Below the pieces are notes generated by a model that made no database searches, was not told the origin of the DNA, and saw only the letters and a list, made by a program, of their open reading frames with translations. DNA of 64,000 nt from Octopus sinensis (taxonomy: Eukaryota): assembly GCF_006345805.1 (NCBI RefSeq), contig NC_043006.1, positions 11,780,001 to 11,844,000 of the forward strand, written 5' to 3'. Shown here one piece after another: positions 27,991 to 42,005 of the stretch. How positions within the stretch are numbered: the stretch's first letter is position 1; every line of letters begins with the position of its first letter. The translations under genes were made by a program, and so were the position numbers.

Positions 27991-28822
27991 GTATGTTGAG
28001 TTGTGGTCTGTATTTTTGAATAAGATTATTTTTCCTATTTATTCGTGTTTGTTCAGTGATGTTGTCTGGGCATTGCTATACTGAGAAAACTAGGAACCTG
28101 GGGTACTTGTTTTGTGCACAGAGATTTAAGTGACCACTAAGTGGTATCTGTCTTGTAGTGGGGTCCCTGAATTGTTTGCGGTGAACTGGTATCCTTTCTC
28201 GGAGAGTAAGACTTGCTTGTCCTATGTAATCTTTGTGGCACCCTTCACACTTTATGGCACCCTTCACACTTTATGGCATAAAGTAAATTCTTTGATGCGC
28301 AGGTGAAGTTATTTTTTACGACAAAAGTGTGTCCTGACTGGAATTTGTATATTGTTCCTTCCTGAAATTGGAACTACCACATTTTTTGACGGTGGGTGGT
28401 GGGCTTGTCTTGGATAATTTTGAATTGGTGAGTAGGCTTTTTAGTGATTTAGGTTGTCTTTTGCTTTTTATTATTTTATGGGTTTCGAGTACCTTTTTAG
28501 ACGTGGCTTTTGACTCAGTAGTGGGATGTTCTTGTATATAATTGTGTAAGCTTCTGCATTTCTTGGATCGTGTATTGAGAGATATGGGAGACTATTTAAT
28601 GTACCGTGAGTGTGCTTCACTTTTCGTAAGTCTTGGGTAGCGATTGTCTTAACCCGTTCTATTCCATTGTCAATTAATGATGCTGAGTAATGTCTTTCGA
28701 GGAGAATTGCCATCCTTTAGTTTTTGCAGTCTTTTATTTCACGTTCTATAATTTGAGACAATTGTACAGATTCTTCTTGCTAGGATGAAGGAGATGTTTG
28801 TCTTTGTGTGCTTTGGGTAATT
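27990..28822 (-). mobile_element. Penelope-like retroelement 3' fragment (RT thumb/linker plus GIY-YIG endonuclease), pseudogenised
   Basis: Stitched frames give HTKTNISFILARRICTIVS...LLERHYSASLIDNGIER...SKRQPKSLKSLLT...NNFTCASKNLLYAIKCEGCHKDYIGQASLTLRERIPVHRKQ...NLIQKYRPQLN. Stops and frameshifts are present, plus a 19-bp tandem duplication at 28236-28273. Confidence 0.88.
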
Positions 28823-30297
28823 GGAGGTGAGTGAACCAGAAAACCAACAAAAACTCAAGGAGAAATTGGCTTCCGAAAAATTCAAAACAGAAATAGAATT
28901 GTTACAGCTAAGAGCCAATTCCAGCGAAGAAAAATTCAAGGCACTTGACAACGAAATGCAAATTGAAATCTCAAAAAACTGTGAAGGTGCACTCTTTGAT
29001 AAAACCACCAAACTCTGGAGAAAAAGATTATGAGTATGAAGAACTACCATCCCTCCAACAACAGAACGGATTGAGAGGAAAAAATAAGAGAAAAGAAAAA
29101 AAACGGTGAGAGAAAACAAACAACACACACATACACACAAACACACACACACATACACACACACGCACACACATATATAGTTTACAACTATCAATAACCA
29201 TGCCTCCTCAGATTTGCCTCATCTTTTGCATATTTCTTTGGCTTTGACATTTCATGGCGATTCCGTCATGAAATCGAGTATAGCATTAAACCTGTTTTAA
29301 GTCTGTTCTACGTCCTCTGTTGCTCTTTCTGTTGCCTCGTACACTACCCGAATTATATTGATATTAAATTATTTAAATGCGTCGAACATAAATAACCATG
29401 TTGCTATCGTTGTTATCACAGATGTTGTTTAATCACATGCCAGCCCTTATACAGAAGAACTATGGTCATAAACACTGAAAGAGATATGGTCGTTATTTCT
29501 AGCATATCCCGTGATCATGTAAAGGATCCTTTATTACTGATGTCCTCATCGAAACATTCCGGTGCCTCCTTCTTCGCACACAATGCATACTGATATTCAA
29601 TTCTTGCTTTTGAGATGGCAATGTAAGTGTGAAAATGAATAATTTTAAGTGGTGTGTCTTTAATGATGGAAAGATAGAATCCAGTGATGCCGAAAACGAA
29701 TAAAATTGCAAAAATTTGGATTTTCATTGAGCGTTTACATGCAAAGCTATATTCGTAGTATCTTGACAGATATAATTCTCTATTTTTATATCTGCTCCTC
29801 AAAACAGAAATATAAGTATCAGTATTGCGTACAAACACTCGAAAACACTTGCTTGTAAAATATTCATTGTATACAATGCCAAGTATATAAGTTTGTATGA
29901 ATGCTTTGTGAGAACTAGCTCGAATAGATTTGCAGACTCCATCGCACACGATCTTGTAAATTATTCTAAAGCTTCACACATTTTATGAATATATATATAT
30001 TTTTTTTTATTGGTTTTCTTAATGTCCACACAGCGAAAGTCAGGAATATGTGTCTCAAGAGGAATCAACAATGCGTTTGCAGAGAAGCAGTTCTTTAACA
30101 GCTCTTTGAACAATAAGAAAATTTGTGTCTATTTCCTTCGCAGCTTCTAAGTTCAAGTATTATTGACAAGCAGTTCTCAAACTCTGCGTATATTCTATAA
30201 GTATAGAAAAGAATAGATTAAAACTAAAACCGCTGGTAAAACGATGATTGCCACGTGTCTATAATAGTTTAACCCAAACATATTTTGTGGATCTAAA

Positions 30298-30525
30298 GGG
30301 GAGAGGGAGAGAAAGAGAGAGAGACGTAGGGAGTGAGGGAGAGATGTAGGAAGTGAGAGAGAGAGGAGGTGAAAGAGAGAGCGAAAGAGGGAGAAAGAGA
30401 GAGAGACGTAAGGTGTGAGAGGGTGAAGTGAAAGAGAGAGGGAATGAGAGAAAGACATAGGGAGTGAGAAAGTCGTGAGACGAGAGAGAAAGAAAGAGGT
30501 AAGGAGGGAGAGGACGAGAGAGAAA
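30298..30525. repeat. GA-rich low-complexity tract
   Basis: Degenerate (GA)n. Confidence 0.85.
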
Positions 30526-31644
30526 TCGCGTTGTTGCCGTATGTACGCATAACAATGAACAGTGGTGAATCGGAACTTCCGTTTGTTTGCTCTTCCATCA
30601 TCGTTGCTTTGATGGGTTTACTTCACACACAGTCGGTCGTACTTCATGTGCATGTGGCCATATGTTGACTGAGGTTAGCAGAGCTATTCGCATGGGAAAT
30701 TGCCAATCAGCCTCTGTTTTTTCATCTGTACACGCAGTTTTCCAGCATGAAATTCAATTTTGTTGTTCTGGGGTTGACGGATGACTAAGTTAGTTTCTCC
30801 AATTTTATGTATACCATTCTCCAGTTACTCCTTGTTCTCTCTCGTGTGTTCAAGACACTTATGTCTATTATTCTTTCATAGTACCAGGTCCGACGAAAGT
30901 ATGTGTTATGTTGTCATCCTTAGAAACAGTTATTCTTATCAACAGATATTCGAGAATACAAAGTCTTTGCGGGTAGCCTTCCTTTAGTTCCATTTTCAAG
31001 CAGATTGTAATAAACCACAAAATGGATGACTGTTTTGAATAAATGAACAGGTTTATCGACACTCAGTAAATATTTTCCCATGGAAGCTGTATATCAGAAC
31101 TAATTGCTAATTATTCATTATTGTTCTTGTTATATACTACTTTTCTTAATTTGATGTGGCTTCATTTATCCTTTTTTCACATCGTCTCGTTTACAAAAAA
31201 AATTGCGTCTGATGTTTTAGATTCATGGGGTTGTTCTTTGGCTCTTAGTTTCTATAAAATATGGCGCGGTGTAAAGTGTTTAAGGGGTTGGAATCTGGGT
31301 CATAACGTCAAAGTTCAGGCTGGATTAAGAAAGACATGTGTCTTTTCTCCCAGGCACTATACCGACCAATACTCCAGTTCACGCACATGTCAAAAATATT
31401 TATTGAGACTGAGAGAAAGTCCGTTTAGCTCGAAGACAGTAGCATAAAAAATACACACACCTGAAGAGACACATCTACAGTTAAACAATTGTATCTTGTT
31501 TTTAAGTTTAATTCTTTCTGTTTTGTTCATAAGATATGGAGCCAATGTTACCGACTTGCAAACTTGTTAATACTTTGGAATCCATTAAAAAAATATACAG
31601 TTAATATAGTACTCAACTAGCGATGTATATATATTATATATATA

Positions 31645-31852
31645 TACATAGTTAATCCAAACATGAACAGGGGGAAAACCGAACAACGCGAGGACGTGGA
31701 ACATATATACTGTTATTGGACGCCCAGGAAAGGAAAGTAAGGAGAAGAATTTAACGTTTCGAACGGAGCTCTTCATCAGAAACATAGAAAAAGGAAAGGT
31801 CCAAGGAAGGGAAGACGGAGAAAGAAAATCGCCAACGATACACACGTGGTCA
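31645..31852 (-). mobile_element. Family A element
   Basis: Reverse-complement homolog of 5775-5960, flanked by TA repeats. Confidence 0.75.
31749..31783 (-). ncRNA. Hammerhead-like motif (family A) inside a ~210-bp TA-embedded element
   Basis: gttt-CTGATGA-A-gagc(tcc)gttc-GAAA-cg-TT-aaat, with palindromic AACGTT in place of stem III. Confidence 0.55.
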
Positions 31853-31943
31853 TACATACATATATATATATGTGTATATATATATATATCTGTGTGTGTA
31901 TATATATTTATATATATGCATATATATATATATATATATATAT

Positions 31944-31991
<48 letters not shown>

Positions 31992-32024
31992 TATATATAG
32001 ATAGATAGATAGATATAGATAGAT

Positions 32025-32212
32025 AGGGAGAGTTTACGATAAAAACAAAAGACGAAGACAGGTGGTATACAAAACAAACAGATGTCTTAGTATAACGCTC
32101 AGGAATAGAAAAAGCCTTACGTTTCGAGCCTACGCTCTTCTACAGAAAGGGACACAGAAAAAAAACAAGGAGAGAAAAAAAATTGTGTAGTGGCTAACGA
32201 TCTATCATGGCC
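32025..32212 (-). mobile_element. Family A2 element (CTGTAGAAGAGCGTAGGCTCGAAACGTA variant)
   Basis: Close inverted match to 34687-34872, flanked by TA/GATA repeats. Confidence 0.8.
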
Positions 32213-32706
32213 ACATATGTATATATATATATATATACACGTATACTTACATTCATATAATACACATACATATATCCATATAATACACACATACATACAC
32301 ACACACACGTATATATAATTTCGCCTGTCTATAACGTAATATTATTTATACCGAAGAAGTGCATCATACGGTAACACGTATTCAGTTTCGTAAGACAGCT
32401 GTGTTTCGTTATACGTGATATTTTCTGGATAATGGTGCCACTGCATCTAAGCGATATATTCTATGTCGTATATCTTCACATTGATATATAATGTGTCATA
32501 ATGTCACACGTTTTCATATTTTGTTTTCGCAAAATTTCGTGTTTGCTTTTTACAACTTTACACTATTGGTTGTCTCTATTACTTGATATTTACACCTATA
32601 AAACTAATATCCAACGTTTATATGTCTGCTTGCTGTCTGCACGTTTTTTTTTATTCCCTTTGCTCAACATCTCTCATTCTCTCTTTCCTTTTTTTTCATA
32701 TATGTA

Positions 32707-32816
<110 letters not shown>

Positions 32817-33074
32817 GTGTGTGTGGTGTGTGTATGTATGTATGTTTTTGTGTGCATATATATATATATATATATTTATATGTCTGTGTATGTGAGTGTA
32901 TGTATTTATGAGTGGAATTTTTGTGTGCGTACGTAAACACAACGACAAACACCATTATTGTGAGTAGGTGTATACATAGATGTGTTTTACACAAACACCA
33001 GCATACTAGTACACACACATATAAAGATTCTCATAATATTGTTTGTCAACATGACGTTGACTATACAATGCTGC

Positions 33075-33985
<911 letters not shown>

Positions 33986-34579
33986 ATCTCTGTTTGTGCA
34001 TATGTATCTACATATGTATGTAAGTATATGTATATGCGCGTGTGCATACGTTGACTGTATGTGGATGTGTGTGTATGTGTGTGTTATAGGCACAAGACCA
34101 GAAATTTATTTTTTTTTGGGGGGGGGCAAGTGAATATGATTATATCGCTGCCGGAGAGATAAAATGCAAAGTAGATCTCGGCTAGATTTCAGCTTTCAAC
34201 ATAATGAGCCGGAAGAAATTACTGCGAGGCATTTTGTGCGACACTGTTTGAATTCTGCCAGTCGACCGAGCAAAATTAATATGGCCGTCACAGGCAGTTG
34301 TAGTTTCTGTTCGCTTCGCTACTCTGACTTATCTGCTCACACGCGCATGCTGACACATGCCAGCGCGTGCAACAACACTACGCACAGACAACCAGACACG
34401 CAGACATACAGACACACACATTTGTATATACGCGTGCATATGTACATTACATATATATTACACACATATACAGCTCACGCGTATAATACATGCACCCGTG
34501 TATGTATATGTGTGTCTCTGTGTTTGCGTTTTTATATACACACGCACACAACACACACACACACACCACACACACACAC

Positions 34580-34683
<104 letters not shown>

Positions 34684-34686
34684 GTC

Positions 34687-34870
34687 GCCATGATAGATCG
34701 TTAGCTACTACACACATTTTTTCTCTCCTTGTTTTTTCTGTGTTCCTTTCTGTAGAAGAGCGTAGGCTCGAAAAGTTAAAGACTTTTTCTATTCCTGAGC
34801 GTTATACTAATACATCTGTCTGCTTTGTACACCACCTGTCTTCGTCTTTTGTTTTTTTCGTAAATCTCCC

Positions 34871-34872
<2 letters not shown>
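34687..34872 (+). mobile_element. Family A2 element
   Basis: gccatgatagatcgttagctactacac...ctttCTGTAGAAGAGCGTAGGCTCGAAAAGTTaaag...gtaaatctcccta, between (TA)n arrays. Confidence 0.8.
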
Positions 34873-34904
<32 letters not shown>

Positions 34905-35450
34905 ATATAGTATATATATATCTATATATATATATATCTATTATATATTTATATTACAAACGTCCAATATGTATTGTGTATATATATATATTATGCAACC
35001 ACATACAAACATATATATTTAACGCAACTCACTTTTATAGTGAAGACTTCATTCTCGTAAGTAGAAGATTATATTTAATGAAACTTTTGTGTGATATCTG
35101 AAATTTATTTATGGTTTCAACATTAGTTTCATACAGTTCGGTAAGTAAAGAGTGTTCACATGTTATTATTTATACCTATATATGCTTGATAACTTTAAAG
35201 GGGAAAGATACCAGGAACCAGCAACTGAGACGAACAATATATAAGAAATAGTACTCGAGTCACATTAAAATCACATCCTGGCATCTTAAAGCAAAGAAGA
35301 ATACATAAGATAATATAATTCTAGATATTTCTAAGAATGGTAGGATGACCAAAGCTAGTCTGTCTTTGATCTTGGCACTGATCGATCAAGCTTCACAACA
35401 ACTTAGACGCCATTCAAAACAATAAAAGATATGAATATTTTTTTACTTAC

Positions 35451-35650
35451 ACTCATCATATCTATACCATTTGTATATGACCAGGTATGTTGGAATGATT
35501 CTTGCAGTCTATTCGCCAAGGATTTTGGTAAATGGTGAAAGTTGATAAATTCTTTGATACTTTCTGTTTTTTCATTATATTCTTCTGTTCCTTGATAGAG
35601 CCGTAACATTATTGAAGACACATTACCGAATATAGCGGCACTCAGCAATG
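35451..35650 (-). CDS. Internal coding exon of an Erg-type (KCNH2/6/7-like) voltage-gated K+ channel: end of S6 plus C-linker
   Basis: Translates to (A)LLSAAIFGNVSSIMLRLYQGTEEYNEKTESIKEFINFHHLPKSLANRLQESFQHTWSYTNGIDMMS, which aligns without gaps to hERG [21 protein letters not shown]...YFQHAWSYTNGIDMNA. Acceptor ccttttaatAG at 35652-35651, donor GTAAGT at 35450-35445. Length 200 bp, phase 1 to phase 0, matching my recollection of the equivalent hERG exon 8. Confidence 0.95.
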
Positions 35651-36579
35651 CTATTAAAAGGAATAGAAGGAAACAAAAGAACAATAAAACAACTTCGAAT
35701 AAAAATGGTCGTAAAGAAACGGATAAACGTCAAGAAATAGTTTTGGCTTTGGTTGCTGAAAAGAAATCGCTGTTTGAACCATTAATGTTTGAATCATTAA
35801 TGTTTATTAATTGAATCGTTCTTATTAAGTAAATTTATTAATATTACCTCAAAGGAAATCCTATAATTAATGTTGTGTGACGCGTTTTCATTTGAAAGTT
35901 TTATAAATATTAGCAGTAAATCATGACAAATGAATATAGAAAGGTGTTTGATGAATAAATCAGAGTAGATAGAGGATTTTCCTTAACAAATGTTCGATTC
36001 CTGCTCCTAGAAATCGAACCTACTGTGATGATGATCTTGTTAATAAAATATGATGGCTGTTAGTAAAATACCCTGCACAGTTGAAATGAACGTCTAATCA
36101 TAGACAACTTGAATCATGAAAGAAAGTCCGTTATTAGTTTCTCGGTTCTGTTTTGCAAAATTTAGAATACATTAAGATAACCGCAGATGAGCGAATTGAT
36201 AAATTGTCGGATTATTAATGAAGTGTCGGTGATTTGTATGAATCAATGGCTTTTGCCAGCTGTTATAATCGTTATCTTCATCTGGAACGTTCCTTTTCAA
36301 AGCGCAGGCCCGGACAAGTTGCCCTTACTTGACGGTCTTCTTTGTCTCTCGTATTACACGATATCGATGTTCTCTACTGGAAAGGCAAAGACCGACTTAA
36401 TAATTTAACACCTAGAACAACATCATAATTTAAAAACCTACAACAAACACCACAACGTATCTTGTTTGATGAACTAACAATTCTTTTAAACCATTATCAG
36501 GGACTTGCGCTTTATTTATCGACTCAGAATGAATGAAACAGAAGATAAGTTCTGTTAGATTTGTACGGTAAAAAATACC

Positions 36580-36810
36580 TATTTCTTTACTACCCACAAG
36601 GGGCTAAACACAGAGGGGACAAACAAGGACAGACACATGGATTAAGTCGACTACATCGACCCCAGTGCGTAACTGGTACTTATTTAATCGACCCCGAAAG
36701 GATGAAAGGCAAAGTCGACCGCGGCGGAATTTGAACGCACAACGTAACGGCAGACGAAATACGGCTACGCATTTCGCCCGGCGTGCTAACGTTTCTGCCA
36801 GCTCGCCACC
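36580..36810 (-). mobile_element. Young S1 SINE with 19-bp TSD, nested in an older SINE
   Basis: TSD ttgtacggtaaaaaatacc at 36561-36579 and 36811-36829. Confidence 0.9.
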
Positions 36811-37689
36811 TTGTACGGTAAAAAATACCGTATGGCATTATTTCTGATGCTCTAACAACTCTGCTAGTTCGCTACTCTCACTCCTATGTAATTTCTGATA
36901 AGTCAGGCATGTTTCCCTTGAAAGTAAGACAACTTTCCTTAAAGGATTCTTAATAAGTAATTCACTTTGGAAGAGTTTCTTGATTTAGAAAAAAAAAAAA
37001 TTCATATCACAAATAATATAATGACTCACCCAAAAGGGTACAAATAAAAAAATTGCTACACTAGGTAACCTAAAGGAAATCAATTATTATAATGAGGATA
37101 CAAGAAGAAAAATCTTTTCTCTCTGTATATAACGAAATAATGAAATACAAACTTGAGTGCAAGTGTATTTTATCTTTTATCCCGTACATGATTCTGTCGT
37201 TAGTCTCACCCATTCTGAGGTACCGTGTTGAAGAATTTTAGTCGATAGAAACGGCTCCACTACTTATTTTTTCAAAGACTGGTACTTATTCAATCGGTTC
37301 TATTTTACTGAACTGCTAGATTACGGGGACGTAAATACACCTTCAACAGTTGACAAGCGGTGATGACATACACACACACAAACACACACACACAAACACA
37401 TACACACACGGGCTTCTTTCAGTTCTCCTCTAGCAGCTCTCCCACAAGACACCTGACTAAGGTACCATGCAGTAGGACTGAATCCTGAATCATGTGGTTG
37501 GAAAGTACACTTTTTAACACATAGTCACGCTTTGCTCTTAACATCCACACTTGTACCTCACAGACAAGCCTGCGCCTAAAAGCCAAATGCGTCTCACAGC
37601 CGCACATGTGCCTCATAGCAGCGCCTGCGCGACATACCTACACCAGTACCCATCTATAAGAAATAAAATTAGGTAAGGAAATCACCTGC

Positions 37690-38090
37690 AAAAACAGATA
37701 AGAAAACCTATAGATGAAAGCAGAATTCCAAATGATACAAAGGAAACCTAAAAATGGAGAGAGAACCCATCCCATGACTGTTCCTCTGTTAGATTTGATA
37801 GAGAGAAAATAAGTTGAAAGTCAAAAATGGCTTAAAAGTGCATATTAAAAGTGGAAGCATGTGTTGATTTTAACCATACTAGACCAACATCAAGAAAGAA
37901 ATAATAACGAAAGTATAATAACAAAAAGGTAAAAAAACGCTAAGCATAATGTGGGGATTATAAAAGCAGCACTTTCAGATAACCAAACACAATTTATAAT
38001 TACTCAGTTCTTGCCAGGTTCGATAATATTTAGTGGCACCATCGTGTCAGAAGATAAATCCAACTGGCAATATTGCAATACATCAGCGTG
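37690..38090 (+). mobile_element. Highly decayed RLE-LINE fragment
   Basis: Remnants KWLKSA and VLARFDNI*WHHRVRR*IQLAI resemble the post-zinc-knuckle RHN region of R4/Dong elements. Confidence 0.4.
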
Positions 38091-39019
38091 TATTATAAAT
38101 TATTGTTATAATCCAGCATTTGTAGAAGATTGCGACTTGATGAACTGTAAGGATTAATTATTTATGGGTGTTGCAATATTATAGCCATCCCTAATATGTC
38201 TTGGAGGACAACGTATCTGTACTTGGAATATTGTTCTTAAAAGCGCAGGCGTCCACTAAATAGTTTAATGTTAGGTTATAAATTCATACCTCCCGTTTTC
38301 GTACAACTGATCCATCTTGATATTAGTGACTTCACAGAAATTTCCGCCGTAACAACAAAGACTTAGTACTGATATTGCAAGCCATGCTGCCTGATGCTGC
38401 AACCATTAAGCAAATCCATCAACGTGTACTGCAACTTCAAGTTTATCTTCGCCTAGTTTGAATTCAGTTGCCAGAAATCCGGAACGCATAACGCGAGGCA
38501 TTCTATCCAATGTTCAAATAATTTGTACAAATTGCCAATTGCCTCCTTCACAAAAATTGGAAATATTTCATTTATATTATAGTTTTAATTTTAGCTATTC
38601 GTCGAGGACAAAAAAAAACCCGCATTGATTACGACCTTTTCTCTGAGGCCTCCCGAGATTGGTGCAAAGAAAGGAGAATGTTAGTATGTGAAGGCGTGCA
38701 ACATAATGGGCTCTACTATACGCATTAAAGACAGGAGCTGCGTTAAACAGAGGTACGGACTATATTTATTAATCAAGAACTCAGAATTTAGAGGACCGGG
38801 AGGAATCTTGAAAGACACCGTTTACGACAATATTACAGCAAATCCTGCACTCAGTAATTGCATTTAATTTTTTGGACTCCGAAGCGATAAAAGGCAGAGT
38901 TGACCACGGTAGGTTTTGAAATCAGAACGCATACACTCGCAAGAAATATAACAAGACAACTCTATAAACATGATAATCTTTTCACAGTTTCCGTTTAGTA
39001 AATTTATTCACAAGGTATT

Positions 39020-39250
39020 GGCGGCGAGCTGGCAGAAACGTTAGCACGCCGGGCGAAATGCGTAGCCGTATTTCGTCTTTCGCTACGTTGTGAGTTCAAA
39101 TTCCGCCGAGGTCGACTTTGCCTTTCATCCTTTCGGGGTCGATAAATTAAGTACCAGTTACGCTCTGGGGTCGATGTAATCGACTTAATACCTATGTCTG
39201 TCCTTGTTTGTCCCCTCTGTGTTTAGCCCCTTGTGGGCAATAAAGAAATA
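39020..39250 (+). mobile_element. Young S1 SINE nested in an S2 SINE
   Basis: Near-identical to 3996-4229, flanked by ggtattgg repeats. Confidence 0.88.
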
Positions 39251-40409
39251 GGTATTGGTGGGTCCAGGGATAAGTTGAACACGCTTGTTTAAAGGGCTGT
39301 TTGGTGGGACTAAACTCAAAACTTTGTGGTTGCGTGGCGAACTTCTCAACCACACAGCTACGCCTGCATTTATTTATAGGCGTACGTATGCTTTAGGATG
39401 ATTCACATTTACAGTATAAATTCTATGAGCAAACACTTAGTTCGTTATTATATTGGAGTCAATAAAGAATGAAGTTCCTGTAATATGAATCCTATTAAGA
39501 TTCAACATATTTAATGCGTAGAACATTAAATAACAACTAGACATAATAATGATATAAGGGTAAAAATGATATTAGTCAACGATAATTATTTTCAATTTTC
39601 AGCTAGTACGGAAAAGCAACACCGGATATATCTCGGATTTGATGTAAACTCATCAATGAAGCATAGACTTCAGTACAGTTGCTTGCAGTATTAATGAGAA
39701 AATCACTTACTAAATAAATGTCCGTGGTTATACATTAGCTAGCGATGGGAAACAGAATTGTTTAGAGAATAAATAATTGAGCGATGCCGTTCGAATTTGC
39801 AACACACATCGCCATCTCGTTAGAAGGCAAGACATTTTCATAGCTCAAATATATCATTATAAATATACAGCTCATTAAATTACAATGGATGATTAATCTT
39901 TTCACACGAAAAAAAAAAATCTAATAATAATAACAAAAACAAATGTGTTTTAGTTGATAAACTTATTTATATAACGAAACATAAAAGCATAACGTTGATC
40001 TTCGCAAAAAAAAAAAAATATATATAAATTGTATGTAAGACACATTGGAGGATATTCCGAATATATTACGAACGGTTAGGAATAGTGGTAAATAACAATT
40101 GCATAATTACAAATCTTATAAGACTAAATATCGCTAGGTTTCAGAGAAATGCATTGATGAACGTGAATAAGGGAAGAATTAATATTCCTAATACTTGTAC
40201 AGACTTGACGACGTAATGGCTGCATAGACAAATCAAATTAGTAATACGGAATTATGTGTTGCGTTATATTATCTATAAGAAGCAAACTTCAGAAAGTTTG
40301 CAGAAATTTCCAAGTATTGATAAATACACATACGAATATACACACACAAATATATACCTCACCCCATACACACACTATTGACACTTATGAGAATGCCTGT
40401 TTCTGTGTG

Positions 40410-40442
<33 letters not shown>

Positions 40443-40522
40443 CACATATATATACACATATACACATGCATATATATACATATATATATATGTATTTATA
40501 CAGACATATATACACACATACA

Positions 40523-40554
<32 letters not shown>

Positions 40555-40715
40555 CATATATATATATATATATATATATGAGCGAGCGAGGGGAGAGAGA
40601 AGGAGAAATAGGGAAAGTGTGTAAGAGTGAGAGAGAGAAAGAGAGAGAGACAGAGCCTCATATTTATATTTATGTCTATATATTCAGACTGTGTGTATAC
40701 GTGTGTGTATATATG

Positions 40716-40761
<46 letters not shown>

Positions 40762-40805
40762 CAGATATATTTATATATATACATATGTAAACACATATAT
40801 GGATA

Positions 40806-40849
<44 letters not shown>

Positions 40850-41119
40850 TTAGGGAAAGAAAGAGAGAAAGAAAGTGGGAGAGTCTTATGATTTTTATAC
40901 AATTCCCAATTCAATTCACAAAGTAAAGGAAATAGGATATCGAAAACTATTTCTGGAACTCGAGATACGGATTCGGTTCACCAGAATCTAACTTTGATTT
41001 TCATCCTCCTGGGTCGATAATCAAAGCAAACAGCAAAATGTAGTGGCGCCGATTCAACCGGCTACACAACACTTCGATCCGATCAATTATAAACTGCCCT
41101 TAAAATTAATGACCTAGCA

Positions 41120-41220
<101 letters not shown>

Positions 41221-41301
41221 GATTTATATATACATATAATATGTATATTATATATACATACACACACACCGCACCACACACACACAACACACACACAACA
41301 C

Positions 41302-41335
<34 letters not shown>

Positions 41336-41972
41336 CGCATATCAATGTATGTGTTGCTTTGTGTTTGTGTTCGCCCCGCCATTGCTTGGCAACCGGTACT
41401 AGTGTGTTTACGTACAGTAATCTGGTGGTTCGGCAAAAGGATCCGATAGACTAAGTACCAAGCTTTAAAAAAGATGTACCGGGGTCGAAACAGCCGACCA
41501 AATATTCTTGAAGGCGGTGTTCCGGCATATCCGCACTAAAAAAAAATACGCATACACACACACACACACACACACACACCACCTTTTATCTTTTACTTCA
41601 TTCAATTATGTGACTGCGGCCATGCTGGGGTAACCCCTTGTAGAGTTTTAGTCGAACAAATCGACTACAGGACTTATTTTCTAAAGCTTCGTACTTATTT
41701 TATCGAATCTTTCTGCCAAACCGCTATGTTGTCAAGCGGTGGTAGGGGAGAAAAAGACGCAAAGGCACAAACATATAGATGTATACATACATACATACAT
41801 GCATATATATATAATATATATTATATATATATATAATACGACGGGCTTCTTTAAATTTCTGCCTACCTGACCCACTCACACTCTTTCAAGCTGCCACGCA
41901 GTGAGACTGAACTCGCAACTTTATGGTTGGGAAGGACACACACACGTGTATACATACATACATGCATACAGG

Positions 41973-42005
<33 letters not shown>

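Noticed and set aside
35403-35684. ORF taken as a complete 93-aa gene
   Set aside because: Its ends are intronic; only 35451-35650 is exon, as shown by the splice sites and homology.
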